Source: Felis catus (lineage: Eukaryota). Taken from it: a stretch of 64,000 nt of DNA. The notes beneath the pieces are model-generated. The model was given only the letters and a program-made list of their open reading frames with translations, did not search any database and was not told the DNA's origin. The translations under genes and the position numbers were made by a program. Shown here piece by piece: positions 11,871 through 25,435 of the stretch; within the stretch, counting starts at the first letter, position 1; each line of letters opens with the position of its first letter. The DNA lies in the NCBI RefSeq assembly GCF_018350175.1, contig NC_058368.1, forward strand, positions 130,512,001 through 130,576,000, given 5' to 3'.

Positions 11871-13357
11871 TTCATGACATTCTTCCATTTCCCTTTGCCC
11901 TTCCCATGTCCACCTGCCCCATCTTCCTTCCACACACCTAATCTCTAAGTTTTCTTTTTCTGTTTTCTCTAGTTGTCCTTTGTTCTTGCCTTGAAGTAGA
12001 ACATTTGCCATAGTGGCTTTTTCCTAAACTGAAAACAAATTTATGAAAGGAAAGAAGAGTGTCTATATGACATGAAAACATTCTAAATCAAAGTGAATAT
12101 TTGCTTGCACTTTTAAATACTTTTGAGAATGAGAAGAGTGTTTTTGCATGCATTTTTTGAAATATGTGTTTATTTTGTTTTGAATGGAAATGAGTATTCA
12201 GTAATTTGCTTTAAATGTAAGTATGTTTGGCTTTTATGGACACAGCTAGGACTAACCTTCTATGAAGAACATTTTACCCTTGGCATTATTTGATATTGGA
12301 ACTACACGGCAGATGCTAATGACAGATGCCCCCTTTGCATATTATTAGTATCATATTCCAAATTAGATTGCTAAGTTGTCCATGATCTTTCTCTGTATTA
12401 CTAGAACATGAAATCTGTTTTGTTACTTAGAAATTAAATATTCACAGATCACTTGACCCTAGCTGAAGGGGCAAAGAAGCCAAAGAAATTAAATTTATTT
12501 TGTTGTTACTGTATTTAGAAAAAAGTAGCATTCCCTTATAAGAACTATTCATTCTTTACTCATCGCATAGAAGAAAACTTTAAAACTCTAACTATGTTGG
12601 TTGCACTATTTTTACATCTTTTTGTGATCTATATAAATCGATATATTCTTCTCAGTTATTTTTACCCAAAATCAGGCATTGTGCACAGACAGTTGGTATA
12701 AAATTTTCAGAGTATCAATAGGTAGATTTCATTCACCATGATGCATGGTTTTTCCCATGATATGTATATTTTTTAGTTTCTTTTTCCATCTGAAAAAAAG
12801 CAGCAATTTATATTTCCTCAAGAGCTGATTTTAGGAGTAGAGTGGTTTTCTTTGTTTTCAGTTGAATCTTAAAAAAAAATTCTTTATGAGAGTTTTGAAG
12901 AAGATATTGGAAAATAAAAAGCAATCTTTATATATAGTCCAAATTTTAACTTTCTCATAACCTTGAATAGTTTTTCACTTCAAATCTGCACCATATACTT
13001 ACTTCCATTGATTTATAAAGGTGGGGAGCCGGTGCCGTGAGAAGTTTGAATAAGGTCACAAATTGGGTAATTCTAAACAGCCTCAAGTAATTTCTAAGTC
13101 ATTTACAGAGAAGTAGGTAATCGTTCCTTTTAAGAAAGTCATATTCTTTGGTAGGTTTTGGCAGATATCTTTGATTTTTGCTTACAGAGAAGTTTAATAC
13201 TATTTTAGGCATGTGTCATGATGTTGAGTAAAACTCAACCCTTTAGAAACTCTGTTTTTTATGTAACTATGGTTAATCTGTGAGTATAAAGTAGTTGGTA
13301 AGCTTTTGAAATGTTTTATAGAATGGCAGGTAGTGGCATTTGCCACCTTATTAACAT

Positions 13358-13497
<140 letters not shown>

Positions 13498-14163
13498 GAC
13501 ATTTCTTGATACTGTTACAGGACTGTTTCACTTTTCTTTATTTGACTTCTTAGAACTTTTGTTTTCTGGACCAACATCTTTCAGGAACCTACCTAAATTT
13601 ACCTTCCATATTGAAAGTAAGACCTTTTATGTGTGAAAATACATGATTTGAAAAAAAAAAATTAAAGTACATGTTTTTAAACATACTGTTAAATAAATAA
13701 TTTGCATGCATGTAAATAAAGGATAATTTGGACTGGAAAAGCCCATTTGCCTAAAAGTATAGAGAGAGATGTTTGTAGTAAATATATCATAATTTATTCC
13801 TGGTAACAAATGAAGTCCACTCCCCACCCCCCAACCTTAAGGCTTGGTTGACTTTGTCATCTATTGCTGCACAGCTCTGTCCTTGTTCTATAATGTAAGT
13901 ATTTTAAATGAAGACTGAAGATAATTGGCTCTGAGCTTATTGTGAGGTAGAGAGAAGGGAGGAATGTATGGAAAGATTCTATTTTTAGTGATTCTTTTGA
14001 AAAATGCAGTTTTCAAAATGTCTCTTTCAAATGATGTGTTTCACTTTTGTCCTCTGAGAATCTCCCTGATGCATTGAAGCTAAGCTAGTCCAGTGACTCA
14101 TAGATTATGTCACTATGTGTTAAAAGTGTGGGGTGGACCCTGTATATTTGGTGTGATTTTTTT

Positions 14164-14378
14164 AAAATTTTTTTTAACGTTTATTTATTTTTGAGACAGA
14201 GAGAGACAGAGCATGAACGGGGGAGGGGCAGAGAGAGAGGGAGACACAGAATCGGAAGCAGGATCCAGGCTCTGAGCCATCAGCCCAGAGCCCGATGCGG
14301 GGCTCGAACTCACAGAGCATGAGATCGTGACCTGAGCTGAAGTCGGACGCTTAACTGACTGAGCCACCCAGGCGCCCC
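14164..14378 (-). mobile_element. Felid CanSINE
   Basis: Full body ending GAGCCACCCAGGCGCCCC; TSD GTGTGATTTTTTT at 14151-14163 and 14381-14393. Confidence 0.96.
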
Positions 14379-15639
14379 AAGTGTGATTTTTTTTTATAGC
14401 ATAGATTATATTTGTGTAGGAGGACATGTGTGTATTTATAAATATATGTGTGTATTTAGTTTCTTGGATAGTTTTTAGTCTTTAATCATAATGTATTCAG
14501 ACTTGAATTAAATAGCAGGTTATAGACTGTGTTTTCATGCTCATTTGCTTCACAAACCATGTATATTCACTAATATAGCAACTAAGGGACCCATAAAGAA
14601 AGATATCAAATTTGGGGATGGGCATGTATTTTTCAGCCTTCCAGAACATTTGATTTTGTTTCTTAAATGGCAAACAGCATTTTAAAGATTAATTTCAAAG
14701 GACAAGTTAGTGTTACCAGTTTTCAGATAAAATTTTTGAAGCCTGAACTATTTCTTCATCATCAATAAGTAATCCATGTGTATTTGACACCAATATAGAG
14801 AAAGTCAGTGATGCTGTTACCTTATCAATGGTTTGACATTTTTGGACAAAAAGTGATAGATCACTTACAAAACATAATTTGTCTTACAAGTCTCTAAAAT
14901 TCAAGGCAAATCATAGAGTTTAAAAGAATATTCTTATTGGTTATAATACACTTTCAAAAGATGTAACATTTTGTTACTATTAATATTATGGTGACAAAGT
15001 GCTAAAGAAGTATTATAAATTTGCAGTCATGTATGCTAATTCTTAAACATGCAAAAAAGTCATATATAGAAAAATAGACTTATTAGTATATTTTTATTTC
15101 CTAGACACAGATAAAATAAGGAATTTTGAATAAATTTCATTTGTGAATAAAGTCCTTTCTACAAATGAGAAAAGAATACAAAAGAAAAATTGAACTTGCA
15201 AACTAAAAAGTTGATAGGTATAAAAGTAGACCTTTCCAAATTAAAAAATTGGAAAAATAAAGACTAAAATACTGAAGGACAGTTTGAATTAGGTTAGTGA
15301 TTCCTCAGATTGTTAAAAAAATATTAGGGCAGTTGAAAATGCAATTGTTGCACACTAAATCTGGAATAAAGCAAATGCTATCTGGAGATACTGAAAAAAA
15401 TAGCCAGGACTAAATTGTACCAGGTTATAAATTTAGAGCTAATTTGAATAAAATGCTCAGCTGGAGTTTAAAAAGGACAAGCTATATCCATGAAATTTGA
15501 AGACTTACAGCTAATTTATATATAAAGTGGCATAGTTCTTGCTCTCACAAGTTTCATATACTTGTGTAAAATGTGTTTGGGATTTATGGGGGAAAAGTAT
15601 GTGAAAAGGGAGGAAAACTGAAATAATCAAAGGAGCACT

Positions 15640-17765
15640 TTTCTTTGCAGGAAATTTTTTTTTATGCGTTTGTAAAAATGTTTTGTCTTTCCCTCCAGAA
15701 TATTTATAAATATAGAGAAATATAAATGCAAAACGTTACACATATTGCTTTCTCTGTTCCAACATCTTTCCCTCAGTCTTTCTTGTGAGCATCCAGTGAT
15801 GTCCCTGGAGTTGGTCATATGATTAGATACATATTACCCTTATGTTTGTGGTTCCAAGGAGGTCTATGTGCTAATCCAGCTTCAGCCTTAGACGGTACTG
15901 GTAAACAAATACTCTTGTCATATCTCTATTTGAAGGCACCTGTCTTTCTTTAGTTTACAGCTTAGTAATCCTGTGTTTTAGCTGTTTTATGAGCTCAATA
16001 AATGTTTGATAAAGCAGATTATTTGGCTTTTTTTGTTGTTGTAAAAGTTGGAGCAATATTTCTTCCAGCTCTCTGTGTCCTATAAAGAAATCACAAGTCT
16101 TAATTATTCCATTTACCCCTTTTTAATGTTTGTCTTTAAAATATGTCATCATTTTTTATGGTTAATAGGTATTTGTTGAATTTAAGTGTATTACAAATTA
16201 TTATTTTTACCATATCCATGATGCACCTGGAATTTTAGTACGTTTTATCATCTTTTACTCTTCTTCTGGTTTTATCATTCACTTTAGTCTCAACTCTATT
16301 TTATACTCTAAGAAATCATGTTTGCTTTAGAGTCAATATTGGTCTATATTTACTCATATATTTACCTTCTACTTTATTCACTGCTTTCTTGTATTTCATG
16401 TGTCTCTGCATTCATTTTCCTTTTTCCTAATTCCTCTAGAATCCCTTTTATTTATTTTATTTTTTTTATTTATTTATTTTTGGGACAGAGAGAGACAGAG
16501 CATGAACGGGGGAGGGGCAGAGAGAGAGGGAGACACAGAATCGGAAACAGGCTCCAGGCTCTGAGCCATCAGCCCAGAGCCTGACACGGGGCTGGAACTC
16601 CTGGACCGCGAGATCGTGACCTGGCTGAAGTCGGACGCTTAACCGACTGCGCCACCCAGGCGCCCCTAGAATCCTTTTTAGAGAGGGCCTACTGACAGTT
16701 AATTTCCTCAGTAATTTCTTGTCTGAAAAAACTTTATTACATCTTTATTTTGTAGGATTTTTGCTTCATGTAAATTTATAGATGTTAATTTTGTTCTTAT
16801 ACTTTAAATATACCATTCCATTGTTTTTTATCTTCCATAGTTTCTTTTTAAATGTCATGTAACAATCTTACTATTGTTCCTTTGACAAGTTTTTTTTCTT
16901 AGATTGTTCAGCAATTTTATTATAATGATTTTCTTTCTTTCTTTTTTTTTTTAGTTTACTTATTTACTTATTTTGAGCAAAAGAGAGAGCACAAGTTGTG
17001 GAGAGGGATCCCAGTCACATTCTGTGACCTTCTGTCTCAGAGAAAACAAGTATCCTGAATTTTATATTAAGCACAGCTATTGTTTTTGGCACTATTAGAC
17101 ATGTGGTTTAATATTGACTATTTTGTACATTACAAACATTGAGACATTCCTCATGTATTCTTTACCAGCCTCACTTTTCTTTTCCAGTTATACTTTTGAC
17201 AGTTGCATGTTCAAATACATACATATTCCATAACTCAATTATCCGTTCTACTTTCAATGGACACTTGTACTGTGGGCAGTCATTTTTTTAAATCACAAGC
17301 AATGATTCTACACTTATTTTATGTCACTGATGCGTATATAATATACCTTATACAAGAGTTGCCAGATAGTGAGATGTGTGCATGTTCATGTTTAGAAAAT
17401 AATGTTTTTAAAAAATAGTTAAACTAGTAAACAGTTTTGGCAATAGTTTTAAATATTCTCATTGCTTGACATTCTTGGTAATACTTAATTACTATTATAT
17501 TTTCAAAATTTATTCATGTCAAAAATGTGGATGTGGTTGTTAGGATGATAGAGCATCTTTTCATGTTTATTTGTCATTTGTATTTTCTCTTTAATGAAAA
17601 TATGTCCATATGTTTGCCCCATTCTCTATTAGATTGTCTTTTATTATTTATTCATAGGAATCCTTGGTGTATAATATGGATTATATTCTTAATTAGTTAT
17701 AAACATTGCACAGATAGTTTCCAGTTTGCTCATTGCATTTCACTTATTTTGAGATGTCTTTGAAG
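15640..17765 (-). mobile_element. Ancient L1 (L1ME/HAL1-like) fragments
   Basis: Antisense ORF1-end motif (16690-16830), old 3' region (17030-17765), 5'-like segment ending near 16100. Confidence 0.5.
16451..16666 (-). mobile_element. Young felid CanSINE (SINEC_Fc-like)
   Basis: Same diagnostic sites as the 5383 copy (GGACCGCGAGATCGTGACCTGGCTGAAG, GACTGCGCCACC); TSD CTAGAATCCYTTTTA at 16436-16450 and 16666-16680. Confidence 0.97.
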
Positions 17766-18260
17766 TTCCCATGTACATACCAGTTTAGAACTATCAAATA
17801 TTTCTGATGAACTGAGATTTTATCATTATATTGTAGTGCCTCTGCTTAAATGTCCTCCTGAGCTATTAAAATAGTTGGCAGTGATTATTCCATTAGTATT
17901 TCTTTGATTATTTTTGAGGCGGTAATTTTTTGTTTAACATTCTACATAATCTTATAATTATCACTACAATTACGAATTGGGAGTTTTTAATAAGCTTCTC
18001 TTGTTTTTCAGTGAAATCTTTATGGATTCGCAATATGTTTTAAATTCATGCTGCTTATTATTACTCATTGTGAAGTTTTTATTTCTTCCTGTTATAAAAG
18101 TGACAGCCTAGATTGATCAGTATATGAGATCACATAGGCTAACTGGTGCCCTAAATACCAGTAATACACTTAGTAAAATATATTTATTGGCCAAATAAAG
18201 TATTTTACAAATGTTCCTGGCCAAAAAGTTTTCTGATCTAAGCCTATACCATGTAAAAAC

Positions 18261-18270
18261 ATATATATAC

Positions 18271-18311
<41 letters not shown>
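18261..18311. repeat. (TA)n microsatellite
   Basis: Direct reading. Confidence 0.95.
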
Positions 18312-18316
<5 letters not shown>

Positions 18317-18355
18317 AATATATAAGGGTAGATCACTGAGGCCTATGGACTCTCT

Positions 18356-18408
18356 CAAAACAAAACAAAACAAAACAAAACAAAAAAAAAACTAACAAAC
18401 AAACAAAT
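18356..18408. repeat. (CAAAA)n/A-rich repeat
   Basis: Direct reading. Confidence 0.9.
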
Positions 18409-20206
18409 AGTCAAAGACCAGCCAAGGTTAAGGAGGAGGGAAACAGACTCTTTGTTCATAGGGGAAAAACAGCCACTTGCCTGAATACAAAAACTACTGT
18501 TAGGTACAGGCAGCAGGGAGAGTCATAATAATGCAAGACCTAAGTGAGTGAGTTAGGCTCATGGCCTCAGGGAATATACTTTGCTATTCATGTCTCAGAG
18601 AAGATGAAAGTCTTTTTAAGCCTTAGGAAATGTGTGGGATCCTGGGAGCCTGAACAAAGCAAAGGTATGTTGAGCCTTAGTTGGTTATGAACACCAGGAA
18701 GCATCAGAAACAACCTTGTGGTTGCATGGGACTCAGTAGAAGCAGAAGATGTAAATTAGACTACCTTGACCTATTCTCCAGCAGGGTTGGCTGAAGCACA
18801 ACTATCAGCTCTTCACAAACAGTCTTTGTGTATACAGGTGTTTTACACATAAGAGAGAGTATTACTTTCTACTTTGACATTTCATTATTTCTTAGCTCCA
18901 GGTGTCTCATGTGGAGAGGTAGATGCCTTAATTTGCTGGTGAAAGATGGCTATTCTAAACTCAGTTTTGCACTTGGGGCCTTGAAATGAAAGGTGGAAGA
19001 ATGAATGTGGAATACAGGTAACTTGTTCTACAGACTCAAAAGACAGGGCCTTCCCCTGAATCATGTAATATCAAGCTGGTTCAAGTCTAGCTGATAAAAT
19101 TCAAGTAAGAGATGTCCCTGGGAAGCAGATTGGTCAGGACTAAACAGTTACAAGACAAGAGACAATGGAAATAGCCACTGCAGTATAGAATTACTCAAAA
19201 GCCTTATGTCTATGTCACTAGAATAAAGCCCATATTCAATTCACAGGGCCCAAAGATAAGATGGAAATTAAGTTTTAAGTGTATTGTCTTTGAAGAATAG
19301 CACCCAAAATTAGATGCAGTATGGAGTCAATACTTTGGTGAAGGTCTGCACTTTGTGAGAAGTCAGCAATATCTAACATTCCATACTTGAAAGATACAGT
19401 CTGCATGAGTTTTTTCTCCAAGTATGTTAAATGCATAGTGTCAAAATTAACTTCATGTTAATAAATTTTTCCAAGTGGGCTTTAAGATTACATATCATGG
19501 ATTCTGGAAAAGTGACACATATTTTTTGGTATCCTGGTGAAGGTGAAACCAAGATTTTCTCTGCTAATCTCATTCATTGATAAATCCATTGAGTCTCAGC
19601 TACAGTCTGAAAACACTTAGAACGGGCAATAGTTAGGATGAATTTTGGCCTGAGATAACTGCTCTTGGCAGTGGAACGTTTTTTGTTTTTGTTTTCGTTT
19701 TTTGTAGTGAATGGTGGTTAGGGTTGTGATCATCCTGTGTGTATGTACTTGATGTCACAGGGTCATGAAATTCTGGCATAAAAACAGTGTAGTAGTTGAG
19801 ACCTTGAATTAACTACACCCATGCTGTTGAGAGTTAGGCCAGGATATGGTTGCTCAAAGAATATTAAGAACTCTTCTTAAATGTGACTGGGCATAAGAAG
19901 TTGTAAATGAATAATTTTGAACTTTATAGAATTACAAGAGAAGATTTGTTTTTGGATCATAATTTTTAAATCTAACACACTTAAGCTTTAACTTAAAAGA
20001 GGATTTAAATTTTGGAATTGAATTTCTCCCTGGAGATTTGAATGTAAATCTCTTTTGGTATTTTTTAATTTGAATACAATAATGTTGAAATTTAATCTTA
20101 ATGTCACATCTCTTGTGGACAATATTGGACAACATGGCTAGATATAATGGAAAGAGAAGTAGATAGTGAATACATCTTTAACTGGAGTTAAGAATGGCTT
20201 GGAGTT

Positions 20207-20370
20207 GCATCAAAAAGAATAAAATACCTAGGAATAAATTTAACCAAGGAAGCAGAAGATCTGTACATTGAAAAGTACAAGATATTGATGAAAGGAATTG
20301 AAGAAAATACAAATAAATGGGAAGATATTCTGTGCTCATGGATTGCAAGAGTTAATATTGTTTAAATGTC
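20207..20370 (+). mobile_element. Isolated internal L1 ORF2 (RT C-terminal) fragment
   Basis: Translates [53 protein letters not shown], the KYLGI..KWKDIPCSWIGRINIVKM motif region of L1 ORF2. Confidence 0.93.
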
Positions 20371-20879
20371 TAAGAAGACATTTCATTAATGTCTTGTGCC
20401 TTCCAAGGGCAAAGTCTACCTTGTCTAACAGTGGTTCCTGGAACATATCCAGATTGGTCTGAATGATGTGACATCAAAAACTTGTGTCTGTGTGTGTATA
20501 GGGGGCAGTGCTGAACTATCCTATTACATGCAGATAACCTACCCTGATATGGGGAAGATGTATCTCTGGTTGAGCTTAATGGTTAACCGAATGGATTATT
20601 AAAACAAAAATTTGAGGAATGAATTTTGGGGAATTCTGCCTCCTCTCTCATTATTGTTTCTTCCATGTGAAAGGAGTACCATTAACGTAAAATTTTAGCT
20701 TCCATTCCTTCACTCATTTTCTCCTGGTTGGAAGGGAGGAATAACATAACTGTTGGTGTTTGAAAAGAAAAGGGGCTTGCAAAGACCAGGCTCTCATCTT
20801 TTCTTTGGAAAACAAGATGGCTGAAGAGAGACCATATTCTTGGCTACTCTGACTCAGGAATGTCTGTGAATATCAGGAT

Positions 20880-21310
20880 CAGGTATCTTCTGTGTGTTCC
20901 CTCACATCCATTCTTTACCCTTCTCCATCCTGGTTTCTGCTCCAGGAAAGCTTATGTACTACAGCTATAGGCACTTTTGATCTCCAGCTTTCAGCTGTGT
21001 TCAGCCTAAGGAGATACTTGGTAGTTGGTCAGAAAGAAGGAGAATGAGGTCAAGATATTTATTTCTCTAAGTCTCTCTTAGTTTAGTTGCACTGGACTGC
21101 CTGCTTCCCTTCAGCAAAGGTCATCTTTGATGTAGCTCTCTTAATAGGCAACCCTTCCCTGTATTTTGGCAGTAACCTGTTCCATTTCTTCGTATAGTTC
21201 TAGGGGCACTAACCAATTTATTGTTTCTTGCTTGTGAGCATTGTCCTCTGTCTTGCTGGTTTCTTTACATTCTAACTATGCAAACCCTCTGAGGAACCTT
21301 GACCAGAGAA
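20880..21310 (+). mobile_element. LTR33-like ERVL LTR
   Basis: TATCTTCTGTGTGTTCCCTCACATCCATTCTTTACCCTTCTCCATCCTG..GAGAATGAGGTCAAGATATTTATTTC resembles recalled LTR33 consensus. Confidence 0.6.
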
Positions 21311-21544
21311 GTAAATGGATCTAATTCTAAAATTTGGTACAAAGAGGTGATTTGGCAGTATATATATATGCTATATGTTCTAGCCTAAATTTTATTAGTA
21401 ACAAATGTAAGACTTTGACTCTTTCTTGACTATTTTTGTCTCATTTTTTAGTTAGTACAGATGGGAATAAAGGTGTTCAATTAGAATCCAAGTCAAGAAT
21501 AAAAGGAAATATTTGGAAGGCTTTTTGTTCTCATATACATTTAA

Positions 21545-21739
21545 AACAATTAAATATTTATTTATTTTTGAGAGAGGGAGAGAGAGACAGAGCACGAGTG
21601 GGGGAGGGGCAAAGACAGAGGAAGACACATAATCTGAAGCAGGCTCCCCAGGTTCTGAGCGGTCAACACAGAGTCCAATTCAGGGCTTGAACTCAGGTCA
21701 AAGTCAGACACGTAACCGACTAAGCCACCCAGGTGTCCC
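21545..21739 (-). mobile_element. CanSINE with small internal deletion
   Basis: Body lacks the GAGATCATGACCTGAG segment; ends AGCCACCCAGGTGTCCC. Confidence 0.9.
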
Positions 21740-21752
21740 TGGTTTTATATAC

Positions 21753-22152
21753 ATTTTATTTTTATTTTTTATTTTTTTTCAATATATGAAGTTTATTGTC
21801 AAATTGGTTTCCATACAACACCCAGTGCTCATCCCAAAAGGTGCCCTCCTCAATACCCATCACCCACCCTCCCCTCCCTCCCTCCCCCCATCAACCCTCA
21901 GTTTGTTCTCAGTCTTTGAGAGTCTCTTATGCTTTGGCTCTCTCCCACTCTAACCTCCTTTTTTTTTTTCCCCCTTCCCCTCTCCCATGGGTTTCTGTTA
22001 AGTTTCTCAGGATCCACATAAGAGTGAAAACATATGGTATCTTTCTCTGTATGGCTTATTTCACTTAGCATAACACTCTCCAGTTCCATCCATGTTGCTA
22101 CAAAGGGCCATATTTCATTCTTTCTCATTGCCACGTAGTACTCCATTGTGTA
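21753..22152 (-). mobile_element. Young cat-type L1 3' end (5'-truncated)
   Basis: 3' UTR TTTATTGTCAAATTGGTTTCCATACAACACCC; ORF2 C-terminus in ORF 21898-22311 (MEYYVAMRKNEIWPFVATWMELESVMLSEIS). Confidence 0.95.
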
Positions 22153-23700
22153 TTTTAAACTATATCCCTTTGTTCCTAGTATAGTACTTTTTTTTTTATA
22201 GGAGTTTGTGTACATGTGTCTGAATTTAGTAGGCATGTATGTGTATGTGTGTTTGGCAAGGTACAGCTGTGAATGAAAGGAATTGGCACATGGGACATTC
22301 TTTCCCTGCAAATCTGCTTTTGATTCTGGTAGGAGTTTTTTCTATTAGTTTTTCAGAAATGTGTTTGCTAATTTTTAAAATGACACAATAGTAGTGTACT
22401 AAATAGACCGATTTTAATTGCAGTCTCTTTCATGCATGCAGTATGAAAGTCTCAAGTTTTAGTCAGAGATCCTTCTAGAAGCAACCATTCTCTGCTTAGA
22501 ATACATCTAATGAAGAGGACGTTTACCACCCCTAGAAGGGAAATGTTTCCATTAAATTTTGACCCAAAATATTTAAATGGTTCATTTATTTTTCAAAATG
22601 TTATCTTTATTTCCTATAAACCAAGTCACTAAACACGAGCTCATTTTAATTAAAATTCTCAATTGTCAATTTTTTGTTACATAAAAATACATTTTAATAA
22701 AATCCATTTAGACTGTCATGGAGAGTTCTTTTCTAAAAGCTTATGTAAAAGATTAGATTAGAATTTTACAATTATAGAAAGATTTATACGTAGACATTTT
22801 TCTAATACGGAAAGAAAAACTATTTCCTTACACAGAATAACATGTATTTCTATATGCTGTTGCATTTTGTGGAATGATTAGTACAAAAGTTAAGTAAATG
22901 GTGCTGTTAAAAATTAACTTTGTCGGAAGGAAAATAGGCATGGAAAAAAGCCTTAATTCATCTGCAGGTTGGGTTTTATACTTGATGTGAGGGTTGCTAA
23001 CATTTTTATTCCCTGCAAAAACTGGGTACATGATCTTTGTTATGGGTCTGCGGGTATAAGAATAAGAATGTACTTAATGCAAGCTTTGTCAGTCTAGGGA
23101 GGCTGAGAGTGCTATGAGCTGTGTTCATATCTGACTTCTCTATCATAAAGTCATACCTGTCCCTCTAAAATTAAAACATATATTGGAGGAAGTGTTTGGG
23201 GATTTTGCAAGTCCTAAGTTCCTTCTCAAACTTTTCCTTCACAATTTTAGCATCCATTGTATGTCTTGGTTGCAACAATTATTATCGTGGTGTTTATTTA
23301 ATGGTAATAATCTGTTTTCCTATTCTTTCTACATTTATTATTAATTTGGCTTTTCCTTTAAGGAATGGCTGTCACTTTAATTATATATATTAATTGAATT
23401 TATCTTCATTAATATCATTGAGTACTCTTGGATATGCATTTCACTCTGTAGGTTAAAATTCAATAGTATGATTTTTCTTGTTGCTCAAATGCTTCCCATT
23501 TTGGTAATCAGGATATTCTTCAGATCAGTTCATCTTCTTTTGACATACCTTTTTCTTTAAGCATTTCCTTGCTTTTTGGCACAATGAAGATGTTTTGTGC
23601 TCTTTTGTGTTTTTCCTGCCCCAGGTCTGAAATCAGCAACTACTCCAAGGAGTTCTGTTGTCTTTTCTTTAAAAAATATTGTTTACAAGTCAAAATCTCA

Positions 23701-23915
23701 GGGCATCTGGGTGGCTCAGTTGGGTAAGTGTCCAACTTCAGCTCAGGTCATGATCTTGAGGCTTGTGAGTTCAAGCCCCACATCAGGCTCTGTGCTGACA
23801 GCTCAGAGCCTGGAACCTGCTTCTGATTCTGTCTCCCTATCTCCCTACTCCTTCCCTGTTCATGCTCTCTCTCTGTCTTTCAAAAATAAATAAACATTAA
23901 AAAAAAAAAGAAATA
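23701..23915 (+). mobile_element. CanSINE
   Basis: GGGCATCTGGGTGGCTCAGTT start, CT tract, AATAAA + poly(A); AAAATCT flanks. Confidence 0.93.
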
Positions 23916-25244
23916 AAAATCTGGGCTGTAGGTGTGCTCACAGACTCTGGGGTCATTTTTTCTAGGCCCTCTAGGCAGACATGACTAGAAAACACTTGTA
24001 TTTATACCAATCTAAACATACACAACAAAAATTTCTATTTATCTATACTATATTAAAAGACACGAGTTTATACTACTACCTCAGATTCCATTCCAACACC
24101 ACAGTGTTTAAACCTTCCTCTTAACTGATTTATAACATTTTTTCACAATCAGAACCTTGGCTTTCATTAGTTATAATACATTTACTTGTTCAATTATAGT
24201 AGCTTCAGAATTGCTAACCTACATCTCTGTGGGAAACACTTATTCTAATAGATGAGAGCATGTATGTACAGTTCTTTTAGTCTTTAGCCTTAGAATATTC
24301 AGTCGAGGTACTCTTTTCCCAATTAGATTCTTTTTTCCTACCCTATTTGAGTGTGGTTATGGTTATCATTTGTAAAATAAGTGTATTTGTTAGTGTTTGT
24401 ATTCCATTTTTTATCTTCTCTGTAAGTCTAGTTTACTTTTATGGTGTGTGAAGGGTATGTAAACTGTCACTATGGTTCTAAGAGTCAGATATAAACAAAG
24501 AGATACTCAGAGCAGTATCACTCCTCCTTCTTCCCTGTTCCTGTTTTCTCCTTCTTTCCACCCCTTTCCCACCTACCATCTGCACATTGCCAATCTCTTT
24601 AGTTTCTGGTTTATGCTTCCTGTATTTATTCTGTACAAATCTTTTGCACATGAACAGATACATGTGTACTTTTATCCCACCTTTCTTATAGGAGAGGTAG
24701 CACACTATAAATATTTATGTAGGCTGTGCTTTTTTCATGATAAACATGTCTGGAAATTACTTCATTTCAGTTTATAGCTACATTCCTCCTCTATTTATAT
24801 AGCCAAACAATACTCCATTCTGTGGTTATACACAGTTAATTCAAACACTCTTCCTATATGTGGGTGTGTAAGTTGTTTCCAATGTATTTTTGCGATTATA
24901 AACAATGCTATGATAAATAACCTTGAGTACATGTAATTTTGGAGGTATTTGTACAGGATTTTTTCTGATAAGTGGAATGCTGGGTCAAAAGGTAAATGAA
25001 TATGTAATTTTGTCAGATAACACCAAATTCCCAGTCCACAGGGTTGTACCAATTTCCTTTTTTACTAGCGATATACAATAGGTCTGTTTTCTCATAGCCT
25101 AATCAACATAAAGTGTCATATTTTTTGAAACTTTGACCAGATTGATATATTAGAATATATTCCCTTAATTTGTGTTTTTGTAATTGAGTGAATTTGAATA
25201 TTTTTCAAATATTTCAAAATACATTTCATATATATTTTTGTATC

Positions 25245-25435
25245 TTTTTTAATGTTTATTGAGAGAGAGCATGAGATGAGGAGGGGCAGAGGAGAGTGAG
25301 AGAGAGAGTCCTAAGCAGACTCTGCACTGTCAGAACAGATTCAGACACAGAGCTCAATCCCACAAACTGTAAGATGGTGACCTGTGCCAAAATCAAGAGT
25401 CAGATGCTTAACTGACTGAGCCACCCAGGTGCCCT
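25245..25435 (-). mobile_element. CanSINE
   Basis: CCAAAATCAAGAGTCAGATGCTTAACTGACTGAGCCACCCAGGTGCCC. Confidence 0.9.

Noticed and set aside
15090..15520. A-rich segment after a TTTTTATTTCCTAG acceptor that looks like coiled-coil coding sequence
   Set aside because: Stops in all three frames and no recognisable homology; cannot be supported as exon or pseudogene
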